64,000 bases of DNA from Camelus ferus (lineage: Eukaryota), in the NCBI RefSeq assembly GCF_009834535.1, contig NC_045701.1, forward strand, positions 59,892,001 through 59,956,000, in the 5' to 3' direction. The translations under genes were made by a program, and so were the position numbers. The notes under the pieces are model-generated. The model was not told where the DNA came from, searched no databases, and saw nothing but the letters and a program-made list of their open reading frames with translations. Positions 1 through 12,030 of the stretch are shown here, in pieces (positions within the stretch are counted from its first letter, which is position 1; each line of letters begins with the position of its first letter).

Positions 1-908
1 TCCATATTTTTCATCATCTGCTTTTGAAAGTGAATGTTACGGATTTATGGTTTGGGGTTCTTTGATGTTAGAGTAGCAAACTATGCTTGCTTCACTTGTT
101 TTCATTTCATTTTTTTTAAACAACTATGAAGCTTTGATAATTTGATTTATTAAAACACCACAGTCAATGTAGGGGAACTGACACCGTTCGCATTGTTGGA
201 AAGCGTCAGGAAACATCAGGCGCTGGTTCCCCACAGAGAGCTCGCGGCTGTTATGATGTGCTCCTCCTCTTTGGTCTTCAGGGAAGTCTGGCACTGAGCG
301 AAATTTTAAGCTGCACCCTAAGGATATTCATTCCTAGGACATTTCAAGATTTTTGGATTGGGTCCCACCCTTCTAAGTTTGATTTTGTACCTGCCAAGAT
401 CTTCCGAATGATCAGTTCATTTTTCTTTTTAAGAAACAGAAATACTCCTTCCGTTTCCCCTGTAGTGATTGTGGATCCGATGTATTAAAATTTGCATTTT
501 ATACATTATCCCTTTACATGTATTAAGCAGGACAGTTTGGAACTTCCCAGAGCTAGAGGATGATTATCTTTAACCCACTGATTTACATTGTGAATCCCTG
601 AGAGGGAGGAATAACAAAAGGGCAAACATGATCCTTGCCTCAAGGTGGAGGGTATTTTTCTGTTTTCAGTTTTTATTGGAAAGGTGGGGCGTGGGTGATG
701 GGAGAAGGAGGTGCGGAGGGGAGAGCAGGTGAGGCTACAGGATAACTTTAAACCAGAATGAAAAGCCCGCATAGGCAGACTACCAGAAGAGCTTAAAACC
801 ATAGAAAAAAATGTCAGGGTTGGAAGAGCACCTAGATGTATTCATTGAAATTCCCTCTACAACATCACTGGGTTTCAAGAAAAGGAACCCTCAGTGTTAC
901 TATTTAAT

Positions 909-939
<31 letters not shown>

Positions 940-972
940 TGTGTGTGTGTGTATGTGTCTGTGTGTGTGTGT
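909..972. repeat. Compound (GA)n(GT)n microsatellite
   Basis: Directly visible. Confidence 0.95.
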
Positions 973-1424
973 AGGGGAGCTATAAAAGGATAGAACAGGG
1001 AATCTTTTGGGTATCTGAGGAATGGAAAAAAGCTGGGTCACATGGAGACCAGAACTGCAAAGTCAGAACCCAGGGACTCTCTCTCTGCATTTGTCAGGAA
1101 ATGAACAGTCACTTCTCAAAACTGATCACTCAGTACACAGTATAATACAGGCTATTATAAGTTCATTTACTTAAAAGAAAGTAGAGAAGCAATTAGACAT
1201 GTCAGGAGATAGAAAAAGTCATGGTCTACAAATGAAGCAGATTAAACCATGGCATGATTTTGAACTGACGGAATATCGAGAGAGAGAGAATCCATTCAAC
1301 CTTGGTGTTAGGAAGTCTCCTTAGCGTGACGCAGGTTTAATAACATAAGGGCTACAACGTCTTCCTACTGTATCCATTCACGCTACCAAAATAATCATAA
1401 TCATAATCATCATCATCATAATTT

Positions 1425-1635
1425 TAAAAGTAAAAAATTTTATTGAAATTCTTACTAGGTGACAGGTACTGTGCTAAGTGCTTTAGATAGATTATCTCAC
1501 TTAATTTTAAAACAACCTTATGGGGTAGGTGTTATGATCCCAAGCTTTTCAGATGAAAACTTGAGGCACAGAGAAATTAAGTAACTTTACCTTGTCACAC
1601 AGCTCCTTAAGTGGCAGAGCTATTTGAAGCTTTAC
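1425..1635 (-). mobile_element. MIR SINE
   Basis: CAGATGAAAACTTGAGGCACAGAGAAATTAAGTAACTT...GTCACACAGCT...AAGTGGCAGAGC core. Confidence 0.85.
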
Positions 1636-2984
1636 CTCTAAGCTACATTTTTTTTCTGGCTAGCTATATTATTCCAATCAAGAATAAGTGACATTTGTAC
1701 AATCATTGCAAATGCTTTTTTAATTTTTAGAAGAATCATTCTAGAGATAAAGCATGTAAGACTGGATTATAATTACAAAAGAGAATGCAAACATTATTGA
1801 CCTTGGAACATAAAAATAATAGTAGACAAGGAACTTAGGGGAAAGAAGGAGAAAGAGAAGGGAAAACTGCACGAATTTCCTCCTATTTCCCAGTAGAAGA
1901 GATATTGTTTAACATTACTGCATCAGAAGAGCAGTATTTTTAAAGTTATAAAATATTTTTAAAGCTAATAGAACTAAAAACAAAAGTAAGTTAAAAATTG
2001 GAAGAAAGTTTAATATAAGTGAGCCAAATTTTACTATTTTTCAAAGTAGCATTTAATAGATTCTTCTTGAAGCTGATAAATCAGGGAGCAGCACAAACAT
2101 GCTATTCCAGTTACACAGACGACTCCCAGGAAGCAGCAAACTGTAAGAAAGTAGATGAAAACCAGGTACCTGTGAAAAAAGGGCCTGGAGTAGGGATCGT
2201 GGAGTGAGATTTTTACTTCTTATTTTATACCTTTCCATTTAAGTGATTATTTCCATGTGCACATATTATGTTTTGTAATAAGAACCATGCCCATATTACT
2301 CACTTTGTTAAGTTGACTTCTAGGTTTCCACCCCAGAAAAATGCTCATCTCACATGCACATACAAGTGGCTCTAAGGGAAATGAGGGGCTTCTTCCAAAG
2401 GCTGGAATTATAGTCCCTGTAGGGGCTGCGGGGTAAATGCTGTTGCCCCATTGGTCTGGGGTTCCTGAATGTCTCTATACCCCCACCTACCCCAGTGTAG
2501 AGCCCAGAGATGGGAAAAAACAAGGACCCTCCTGTTTAAATTTCTTACCTTCCTTTTTTTCTTTTACATTTACTTCTGGATGAGAAGACACAGTAGACTC
2601 CATTTCCTCTTCTGGTCTGTGTCTTATCCTTCTGATTCTGGGACACGATAAGCCTCATGTGTTGGCCTTAATAGTCGATGGGGTGCAGGAAGGGAAAGTA
2701 TCCTGCCAAAAAGAGTGCACAATATTGCGAGGTATTTCAAAAGTATCATCTCCCTTAGATTTATATAAATGCATATGAAAAGGTCTGCGAGGATACAGAC
2801 CAATGGTGTGGGCACCTCTGGGGAGAGGTGTGGGGGAGGGGAGAAGGCATTCATGTAGGTCATGGGCTGTTGGGTTTTTTGTTTTTTTGGTACTGTGGAT
2901 ATTTTAGTGCTTTTGTATGATTTTTCCATTTTAATCATCACAGTAGCCTAGCAGGGTTAGTTTTCATCTCTACGTACTTCTTAA

Positions 2985-3335
2985 AAAAACTAGTAACTTT
3001 ATTTTTTAGAGCAGTTTTAGGTTTATGGAAAAATTGAGTGGAAGGTACAGAGAGTTCCCATACACCTACTCTCACCTCCCTCCCCGATTTCTCCTACTAC
3101 TGACATTTGCATTCGTGTGGTGTATTTGTTACACCTGGTGGACCAATATTAGTACATTCTTATTAACTACAGTGAACAGTTTACATTAGGGTTCACTCTT
3201 GTGTTGTGCATTCTGTGGGTTTTGACTAATGTATCATGGCCTGTATCTACCATTGCCGTATCATATAGAGTAGTTCCACTGTCTTAAAAATCCCGTGTGC
3301 TCCCCGTAGTCATCCCTCCCTGTAACTGATTTTTT
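2985..3335 (-). mobile_element. L1MC-type LINE 3' end fragment
   Basis: ACTTTATTTTTTAGAGCAGTTTTAGGTTT...AAAATTGAG...GTACAGAGAGTTCCCATA resembles the antisense L1MC 3' UTR. Confidence 0.75.
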
Positions 3336-4014
3336 AAAACTCTGTGACAGTCCTGATGCCCATGCTTGCCCTGCGGCCTGTTCCCACTGGCCTGAGAAGT
3401 GAAACCTGGCCCACTGCACCTGTTCTCTTTGTTACTGACTCTGCTGTCTGTGATAATAGCATCATGAGTGGTCTTCAAGCACCTCATATCCTGCCGCTAC
3501 CGCCACTTGTCAGGGGAAAACCCAGACAGGATGAGATCCACATTCCCAGCTGTCCCTGTCTTCCAAGGAGGAGAAATCCGAAACCAGTAGCTAAAGAATG
3601 AAACCAGAGATCCCAGGGAAGGGGTGGGGGAGGTCAGGTCTCTGGTGGTCTGAAAGAGGCGCCAAGCCAGAAGCCCAAAAGTTCTGGGAAAACCAGCAAG
3701 GAGATGTAGATTATGCCAGGTAACATCTCAGACACGCAGGGAAGGCACCTCAAATAACGGGACTTAGGGCTTGGGACCAACTCTTATCACTGAGTGATCA
3801 GGAGCAGTGTGGAGGAGCCCTTCTGCTTCCTGAATAAAACCAAACCCTGACTCCCAACGTGGACACTCAGGGGAGAGTGTCTTGTGGAGACAGCTGAGAG
3901 TGAGGCTGGAAGATATTTTTCTAGGCAATATTTTTCAAATATGTTTACTATGATGTAGAGCAAAATTATATTTCATATTGACATCTAGTGCACACACAAC
4001 ACACACTGCAAACA

Positions 4015-4143
4015 GTGCCTGCAGCACTTGGGAGCTTGCTAGAAATGCAGAATATGGAGCTCATCTTGACCTACTAAATCAGAACCTGCATTTTAATAAG
4101 ATTCCTGGGTAACTGTGATGCACATTAAAGTTTAAGAAGCACT
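4015..4143. mobile_element. MER5A hAT-Charlie MITE fragment
   Basis: GGGAGCTTGCTAGAAATGCAGAAT...GACCTACTAAATCAGAACCTGCATTTTAATAAGATTCC...TGCACATTAAAGTTTAAGAAGCACT. Confidence 0.85.
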
Positions 4144-4320
4144 CCTCCAGGGAGCCCCAAGCTAAGGATGAGTAAACCACACCTAGGAACCTCAGGTGGT
4201 CTCCAACCCAACCTCATGGGCTTTCTCCATATCAGACCAGAGTCCTCAGTAAATTGTCTAAATACTTCAGCCAACCATAATCTTGGGATCCTGTCTCCCA
4301 CCTCTCGCAAGACCCAACCA

Positions 4321-4520
4321 AATAATAGTAATAACTGACGTATTGTGGAGCTAAGTATGTGCTGAATGCTATTCTGGTGACTTACAAGTATGAACTTTTT
4401 TAATCCTCATAACAAACTTAGGATAGGTCCCACGTTTTTTACATTTTACATGTGAGAACATTGAGATACAGAAAGCTTAAATAACTGTCTCAGATCACAA
4501 GCTAATAAATGGGGAAGCAA
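4321..4520 (-). mobile_element. MIR SINE
   Basis: TTAATCCTCATAACAA...CATTTTACATGTGAGAACATTGAGATACAGAAAG. Confidence 0.7.
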
Positions 4521-6026
4521 AAGTATAAAACCACAAAAGGGAAAAAGCAGGAAGCACATCAGTGATCGAAAACAGTCACCAGATTTCCACAAGATGGACA
4601 GTGGATGGAGAAGGCCATCGAGTGAAACGGGTGGAGAAAGTTGAGACCTCCGTATTCTCCCTGGGGGGCTGCAAAGCTGATTGGAGCCAGTCCACTGGAC
4701 AAAATCACTGAGAGCCTCTGTGTTGAGAATCGGCAGGTATGGCTAAGGGTCAAGGTGATCACGGGGAGCGAAAACTGGACAACTGCCCTTTGGCACATCC
4801 CTGTAACCCCTCCCTTCCCCCACCTTAGTGCATGAAGCACAAGCAGCTGACACTCAATCAGGGCAGAAAGTCTATCAGTCGTGCTCCAGAAAATTTTGTG
4901 TTGGTAATGTGGGGGGAAGTTAAGACCTTCCGTACAGGTAATATTCTTCTCGTTTGGACATGAGAGAATTCCCATGACTTAATGGGAGGTCAGAATTTTA
5001 TATCAAGTCAAACTATTCAGTGTGGGGGTAAAACCTTCTCAGACCTCTGAGGACTTAGAAAGTGTATCTTCCATGCCTTCTTCTGTGGAAAGTTACTTAA
5101 GGGTGTACTCCAGAAAAGCAAGAAAATAAACTGAGAAGGAAGAAGCTATGCCATCCACAAATTAACAACTCTGACGCAGGAGAAGAGGGACAGGCAAAGG
5201 GCGCCGGGATGGGAGCAGTATAGCCGACCAGACCAGGGCAAGTCCAGGTGGGTGCAGAATGGGGGGGTTGGGGAGGGGATGGGAAGCCAACTCACTCAGT
5301 GGAAAAGATGGTATAATAGAGAGTTTGGGGAAATTTTATGAATATGATAATGGAAAACAGTATGAAAAGAAAAAAAAAGACAGTAAGAAATCACAAGGGC
5401 TAGAGGAAGCTATGTAAGAACCTCAGTCAACTAAACACAACCTGATTTAAAGCAAATGCTAAGTGTGGGGAAAGAGACTCCATTAGTCCTTGATGCTATG
5501 AACATTCTACTTGATGTGGTCCTTGGTCACAGAGGACCCGCAGGGAAGGGAATGCAGTTTCAGCACACTGCTTGCCCAGGCATGGAACAATATTTAAATG
5601 GTTACAAACATGTAAATACTTTTCACTGGTGCCCAGTTTTAGAGTGAACCTATAGACAAGGCAGAGAAAAGTTAATGGATGTTAGACAGAATATAAACTT
5701 CAACAACATCAGCAATGTAAAAGGTAAACTGCAACCAGCGGAAGGTAGAAGGTAGGAGAAAAGAAAGAAGGAAGACAGAATGACATGATCATTGCCTCCT
5801 TTTTATAAAGTAGCGAGTCAAGAAATACTGTTCTAAGGGAATGCAAGCTTGTGAGAATTAAAACTGGAAGAATTTTTTGGAGAGCAACCTGGCAGTACAT
5901 CGAAGCAAACTGAAGACGTGCCAACCCTGCATGCCAGCAGTCCTCCTAGAGAGCCGCTCCCACAGGAGTACAAAGGGCCTCGCTGCAGCACTGTGCGGAC
6001 TGCTCAAAGGAATCAGTGTAGACAGA

Positions 6027-6228
6027 GAAGCAGTGCTGCCCAGAGGTTAAGGGCGAGGACTTTGGAGCTAGATGGTCACTGAGTAGCTGTTGCGATGCCA
6101 CGCCTGTGACTTCCTCCCTGTGCCTCAGTTTTCTCAGAGATAAATGGGGATTGTGACATCAGTCAAGCAATGTCAAGTACTTAGAACAATAGGTACTCAG
6201 TGTTGTAGTTGCTATTACTATTATTATA
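6027..6228 (+). mobile_element. MIR SINE
   Basis: GGTTAAGGGCGAGGACTTTGGAGCTAGA...CTGTGCCTCAGTTTTCTCAGAGATAAATGGGGAT...TATTACTATTATT. Confidence 0.75.
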
Positions 6229-6603
6229 ATTTTCCATCAACAAAGCCTGAATACTGTGGCACATTCACAGGAAGAACACAAGGCAAAGCTGAAACGAAAG
6301 AACTACAACTTACCCATGTTAACATGGATATATTTTGAAAACATCAAGTCAAGTGAAAAAAGCGAATTATAGAATAACAGGTTTAAAGTAATGATACCAC
6401 TCGTGTACATTTTTAAACATAGAAGACAGTACTATATATTATATATGAATACATACAAATGTATATATAAAAGATATTTAATAAGTAACATAGATGTTAT
6501 GTTCATCTCTATACTCATACTTCATAACAAACATTTAAGATACAAAATTAAGTTGCCAAAATAAGAAACGGTGATGTAGCCCTTTATATAAAGTTTAAAA
6601 TTT

Positions 6604-6712
6604 GGGGGCAGGGGTATAGTTCAGTGGTACAGTATGTGCTTAGCAAGCACAAGGTCCTGGGTTCCAGCCCCAGTTCCTCCATTAAATGAATGTTAAGAAA
6701 TATTTAAAAAAA
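6604..6712 (+). mobile_element. Vic-1 camelid tRNA-Ala-derived SINE, inserted in an old L1
   Basis: GGGGGCAGGGGTATAGTTCAGTGGTA...TTAGCA...GGTCCTGGGTTC head and A-rich tail; TSD TAAAATTT at 6596-6603 and 6713-6720. Confidence 0.85.
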
Positions 6713-7835
6713 TAAAATTTCAAAGGTAACAAATAAAAGAATAAGAGTATAAATATTAGATATTGGGAGGAGGAGGAGGTGAGAAAGGGAGGCAGGAGAT
6801 CATTTTCACCTTTCACATCGGCGAGTCAGTAGATACTGTTTAACATGGATAAGTTAAGAAGCAGGAGTGTAAGAATAATATCTGGGATCACGGAGGTTAC
6901 CAACAAAAGAACTAGACCCAGCAGTTCAAATAAATTTTCTCTAGAGAGTGAAACTGGATAAGGTCTCCTGTACCATTTTATTTGTTACTGTGTGCTTTGT
7001 ATTATTTTTGACGAAATTTTAATTTAAATTTAAGCTTAACAGAGGTTTCAAAAGAGTCCTGAGTTCTTGAGATCAGAATTGTCTAAGATAAGCAGCACCC
7101 CTCCCCCCATGACCAACATCACCAAGAATGAGATAACAGGGAGGTTTGAACAAGTGGTCCTCAAGAGGGAAATGAATTGTCGACAATGGGCTTTGAGGTC
7201 CTACTGCACTTGAATAACTATTTTCGTGGCCAACAGAGACAGGTGGGCTTGATTCTGTTAAGGGAGCCAAAGGCCTCCGGAGAGCCCCTGGCCCTGCCCG
7301 ACTCGGTCAGTCAGGGTTCTGGCAGGAAAGCAAAGCAATTGGCGTTTCGAAGATGATTTAATGAAGAGACGACGTACAGAGGTGTGGGCAGGGGAAAGAC
7401 AACCAACAGGGAGTGCTGAGCAGCCATGGGAAGGAAGCCCCGTCACCTCTTCGAGGCCTCCGGGGGTGAGGGGAGGGAGCCCTAGGGGAGCTGCAGCCAT
7501 TGCCATGGACCCTGTGGTCACTTTGCCCTGAGTTCTCTCAGCCCACTTCTGAGTTTACGTGTGCGAAGTGAACAGCTCCCTTCACACTGGAAGCTTCCCA
7601 CCCAAGTGCCATGCCTCCTGCCTCCTTCCTGGGCTTCCCCCAGTTCCAGGGCACTGGAAGGGGGGCCCTGACACAGGACGGAGCTATGATGCTGAGGCTG
7701 GAACATGCCCCTCATTTTACAGACGAGGTCAAGGTTGAATAAAGTGACTTTCCAAGTCCCTTAATGCCTGAGTCAGTCAGCATCATTGGAATAAATGTAT
7801 AGGAGTCCCAAGCAGTCACATTAAATAGACCAAGA

Positions 7836-8218
7836 GTCTAAGTGAAGTCAGACAGAGAAAGACAAATATCATGATACCATTTATATGTGGAATCTAAAAA
7901 AAATGACACAAATGAACCTATTTACAAAACAGAAACAGACTCACAGACACAGGGAAAAAACATAGTTACCAAAGGGGAAAGGAGGGGGGATAAATTAGGA
8001 GTTTGAGATTAGCAGACACATACTACTATATATAAAATAGATAAACAACAAGGACCTACTGTACAGAACAGGGAACTATATCCAATATCCTGTAATAGCC
8101 TATGATGGAAAAGAATCTGGAAAAGAATAAATGTATGTATAACTGAATCACTATGCTGTATCCCAGGAACTAACACAGCATTGTAAATCAACTAGACTTC
8201 AATTAAAAATAAATAAAC
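7836..8218 (+). mobile_element. 5'-truncated cetartiodactyl-type L1 3' end
   Basis: Typical L1 3' UTR (...TATGTGGAATCTAAAAAA...GACCTACTGTAC AG CAGGGAACTATAT...TTGTAAATCAACTA), A-rich end, TSD AGACCAAGA at 7827-7835 and 8219-8227, at a TT/AAAT endonuclease-like site. Confidence 0.9.
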
Positions 8219-8248
8219 AGACCAAGAATCTTTCATATGTACATGCTC

Positions 8249-8860
8249 TGTATCAGTCCAGGTGGATTTGAGAAGAAGCAGCACTGAGAGTGATATGGAA
8301 TGAAACATTTAGTCAAGGGGTTAGACCACGTGCAGCTGCGGGAGCCAGAAGAGGAATGAGAGCCCGGCTGCTGTCTCTGAATCCGGGGCTGAGCCTGAAG
8401 TCGATACATGTCGGCAGCGGCAGTTGTGGGGAAGGACAGGAAAGATGAATGTGTCAAGAGGAAGGGGGAACAGGAACCCCTGGACAGCTGGACCCACAAG
8501 GATAAGCTGGAACCTGCTTTTGTACCTCAGCAATTCCAGTCTGGATCCCAGGTTGCCCTGCAGGAGGAGCTGGTGCCCTTTGCCACAGAGTGACGCTGGC
8601 ACATGGCCCAGGACTTGGAGCAGCTGAAGGAGGAGGGAGGAGGAGCTGTGGGTCCCGTTAGTGCCCCTCCCTGGGCCAGGCGAGTGGCCGATCAGGGCCA
8701 CAGTGACGCCTGCACCAACCTTCACAGCATAAACATGGAGTAAGCTTCATGTCCGTGAATTTCTCATGTGGCCATCCATATCCCAGAATGCAGCAGGGAA
8801 TGAAACTCAGAGAAAGGTAATTCCAGCTAGGCCAAGTCGACACAGCACAAAACCACCACA
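8249..8860 (-). mobile_element. MLT2-family (ERVL) solo LTR
   Basis: TG...CA termini, MLT2-like terminus (CCAAGTCGACACA...AACCACCACA on +), 5-bp TSD TGCTC/TGCTT with one mismatch. Confidence 0.7.
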
Positions 8861-10040
8861 TGCTTTGCATAGATTTTCCTGGATTGAAGGTGCCTTGGTG
8901 GCAAGAAAGCTATATGAATTGTTACAGTTAGAGACAACATCTAGGACGCTTCACATATACTATAACTATGTTCCATTTCAATGAAATAATCTAGATGTTA
9001 GTCTTGTTAGTTTGCAGTCTCGCACAAGTAAGCTAAACACAGCTGTGCAGCCTTTGGAGCACTGAAGTGATCCCCAGATGACGGCAGCCCACTTCTCTCC
9101 CCCTTAATTGCTTCTCCATTGTAGCTCCGAAGTTGCCAAGTGTACCATTCATTTAATATCCCTCCACACTTAGGATTGCTCATGATCTGAAACCTTGTCA
9201 AAAAAGATTTGAAGAAAAGTGGGAAAAAATTAAGATCCACGGAGAAAGCCCCTGAAACTTGGAGTGGAAAAAATGACAAAAAATAACCTGTCACAGTGCT
9301 AGCCAAGAGGGCAGTTATTATAACATAGCTTTGGTAATCGGAGGGGCAAGAGCGAGGCGTCTCTGCCCAGGTGAAGAGGCAGCCAGCAGCCCCCAATATC
9401 CACAGCACCAGAGGTTTTTCCAAATCCCACTTCAAATCTCGTAATCCCTCCAGCCCTTAGCTGCTGGGATGACATCATCCTTTCCTTCGTTTCAGACACA
9501 GGCTCCCCACTTCTGCCCTAGAGCTCTGTTGTGGTCTAGTAAGCATGTGCCTTTCAGGCGGACTTAGAAAATCCCATCGCACATGGAAAAACACAATTTA
9601 AAAAATTATGATCTCTCTTTCCCCTTTACAGACAGATGTCATTAACTCCGGGTCTAAGCAAGGGCATAACTGTCCTGGCTCACTGAAGGATTTGTGGACT
9701 GTCTTTCACTTTTGTTGAAGGCATGGGAGGCTAAGAAGTGTCCATTTTCAGGGATTTGCCCCCCAAAACGCCTCTAAAAAATGAAAACAGAAAGTAAGAC
9801 AAAAGGGTGATGCGTAGGCACACTTAAATCTATGTGTCGCTGCTACTTGCTTGAGTTACTTGAAATTCTCTAATTTCACTCACAAGATTTTCAAGAAATA
9901 GAAGATTTTCCTTCCTTTTCCGTATTCCCTCTTTATTATATGTCTATGTCCGTCTATCTCCTCGTATGTGTCAGTCTCTCTCTATATATATCTCTGTGGT
10001 GGCACAGTAATCTGAAATCTCTGGTTAACATAGATGTACA

Positions 10041-10260
10041 CATTCATTCATTCATCAGACATTTCATCAGCAGAGCAACTTCTACATGTCAGACCCTGTG
10101 CTAAGTTCTGAGTGTAAAAGAATAAACAACTCTTGCCTTGGAGCTTACTGGTCTGTTTGGCGGCAATAAAATTTAAAATGAACAAATTACAACATGTTAA
10201 GAGCAGAGAGAGAGTCACGTGCCCCATGAGCTGAGAAGGGAGCAACTTACTGTGCTGAGA
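10041..10260 (-). mobile_element. L2 LINE 3' end
   Basis: (CATT)n start then GACCCTGTGCTAAGTTCTGAG...TGCCTTGGAGCTTACTG. Confidence 0.7.
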
Positions 10261-11220
10261 TAACATTTCGTGGTTGTTTTAGAGAACCACCCTGGTCTGA
10301 ACATTCTCTGAGCTGTAAAATATCCTTACAGATCACTTTGAGTTAGTTTTGCAGTGTTCAGTTAATTCAATGGAATGAGGAGTCATCTTTCTGTGCCAAA
10401 ACTTACCCTGATGTCAGAGACAGAGGGGTGGATGGAGAAGAGCACAGGGAGGGGGCCTTGGCTTTTTGCCTGCCAAGGGACCAGTGCGCATTTAAATTCC
10501 CTGGCTCTGTTAATGAATCATTAGGCTGTTAAGAATATTGTGTGTGCTCATGGGTGTGTTTAATTATCTACTCTTCTAAAACTTCCTTAGCCTCTCTTCT
10601 GTCTCCTACTTCTTCTTCTTCTTCTTTTTTTTTTTTTTTTTATGGTCGGAAAAAATCACAAAGCAGGAATCTTGTCTTATTGTCCTTTCAGTGGATTAAA
10701 CCATCACATGGTGACATTCGTCTGAATCATTAGGAAATCTACGTTCCAATGTCTATAAAATCCCATCCATGCCCCAGCAGGGAGGAGAGAACAGACAGTT
10801 GCCAAACTTCACACTCCCCTGATCCTTGCTAAATTTGGACCCAAGTGCAGAGAATCGGGGTCCTGAACTCACTCATAGCTGGTAAAACGGCCCGGTTTGC
10901 AAAAAAGGACTTCATGGCCATCAAAAGCTGTTTCAGTGTCACGTGCTGATGAGTTTAATGTAAATGAACTTAAAACATCTGGATCAAATTTCCTCTCATA
11001 CAAACAGTGTTATGAAAATAGGTGGGTGAAAAATATCTTCTGGCCAAAAGTATTTTGGGTTATTCCTGAACCCAAACTGTCTGCAGTTATGGTTTCAGAA
11101 GGGGGCCCAGGTGAGGCTGCTCTGTTGCTTTTATGGCAAATCGGGCTGGAGGAAAAAGGACTGACCACATGAGTCATCATCTTGGTAATGCAAAACTGGG
11201 AGCAATTAATTCCTTTCACA

Positions 11221-12030
11221 GTTGTTTACTGAGCACCTGCTAAAGGCAGCTATTATGCTGTGCTCAGGGGAAACTGCAGGAAACAAGACAGATCCAGACC
11301 CCGCTCTCCAGGCGCCTGCGATTTCAAGACAACTTAGAGGCACATACGTTAGGCAAGCAGTTAGCATAGAACATGGTGGTTGTTTCAGGTGCTGTGGGTG
11401 CTCAGAGCAGCCCAGTGAGTCACTGACTGACTGTGGGTGGACGGAGAGTGTGTTTCTGGGAACGTGGCCTCTGTGCTGAGAGCTTGAGTGTCTGGTTGAC
11501 TTCTGCACCCCTTGGGGTCAATCTCCATGCCTGATACCTGGCAGGGCCTCCAGAAATATCTGCTAAATGAATGGTTCTCCAGACAAATGCTGACAGGGGA
11601 GCTGGATGAGGAGGGGAGGGGAGTGTGATCAGCCCATGCCCAGTGCTTCGGGGGAGAAGGAAGTCTGGTGGGCTGGAGAAAGAGGGGTCGGCGGGGAGGG
11701 GGAGGGTGGAAGGACGTTGGAAGAAAGAGGGGTCCTGATATTGGAGGGTCTTAGAAGCCCAGTTAAAAGTATAGATTCTACCTTAAGGACAGTGGGACAT
11801 CCTTGAATTCTAAGCAGAGAAATGCCATGATCACTGTTTTATTTGGGGAAGACCCCTCTTGGCTACTGTATGAGAATGGGGTCATATATTATAAGGTTGG
11901 AATCCAGGGGCTGTTGTGGTCATCCAGCAGGAATGAGATGGTGGGTGGGGACAACGGGAAGGAAAGAACTGGACAGATTCCAAAGACATTTAGGAGGCGG
12001 GCTCAGTGGGACTCAGTGGTCATTTGAAGG
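11221..12030 (-). mobile_element. L2 LINE fragments
   Basis: TTTACTGAGCACCTGCTA...; TAAGCAGAGAAATGCCATGATC...TGGCTACTGTATGAGAATGG. Confidence 0.7.

Larger units (their letters stand above)
5860..6900 (+). mobile_element. Old L1 (L1MD/ME-like) 3' remnants interrupted by a MIR and a Vic-1
   Basis: TTTTGGAGAGCAACCTGGCAGTA at about 5875; AACATGGAT...AAAACAT...AAGTGAAAAAAGC at about 6320-6365. Confidence 0.5.
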
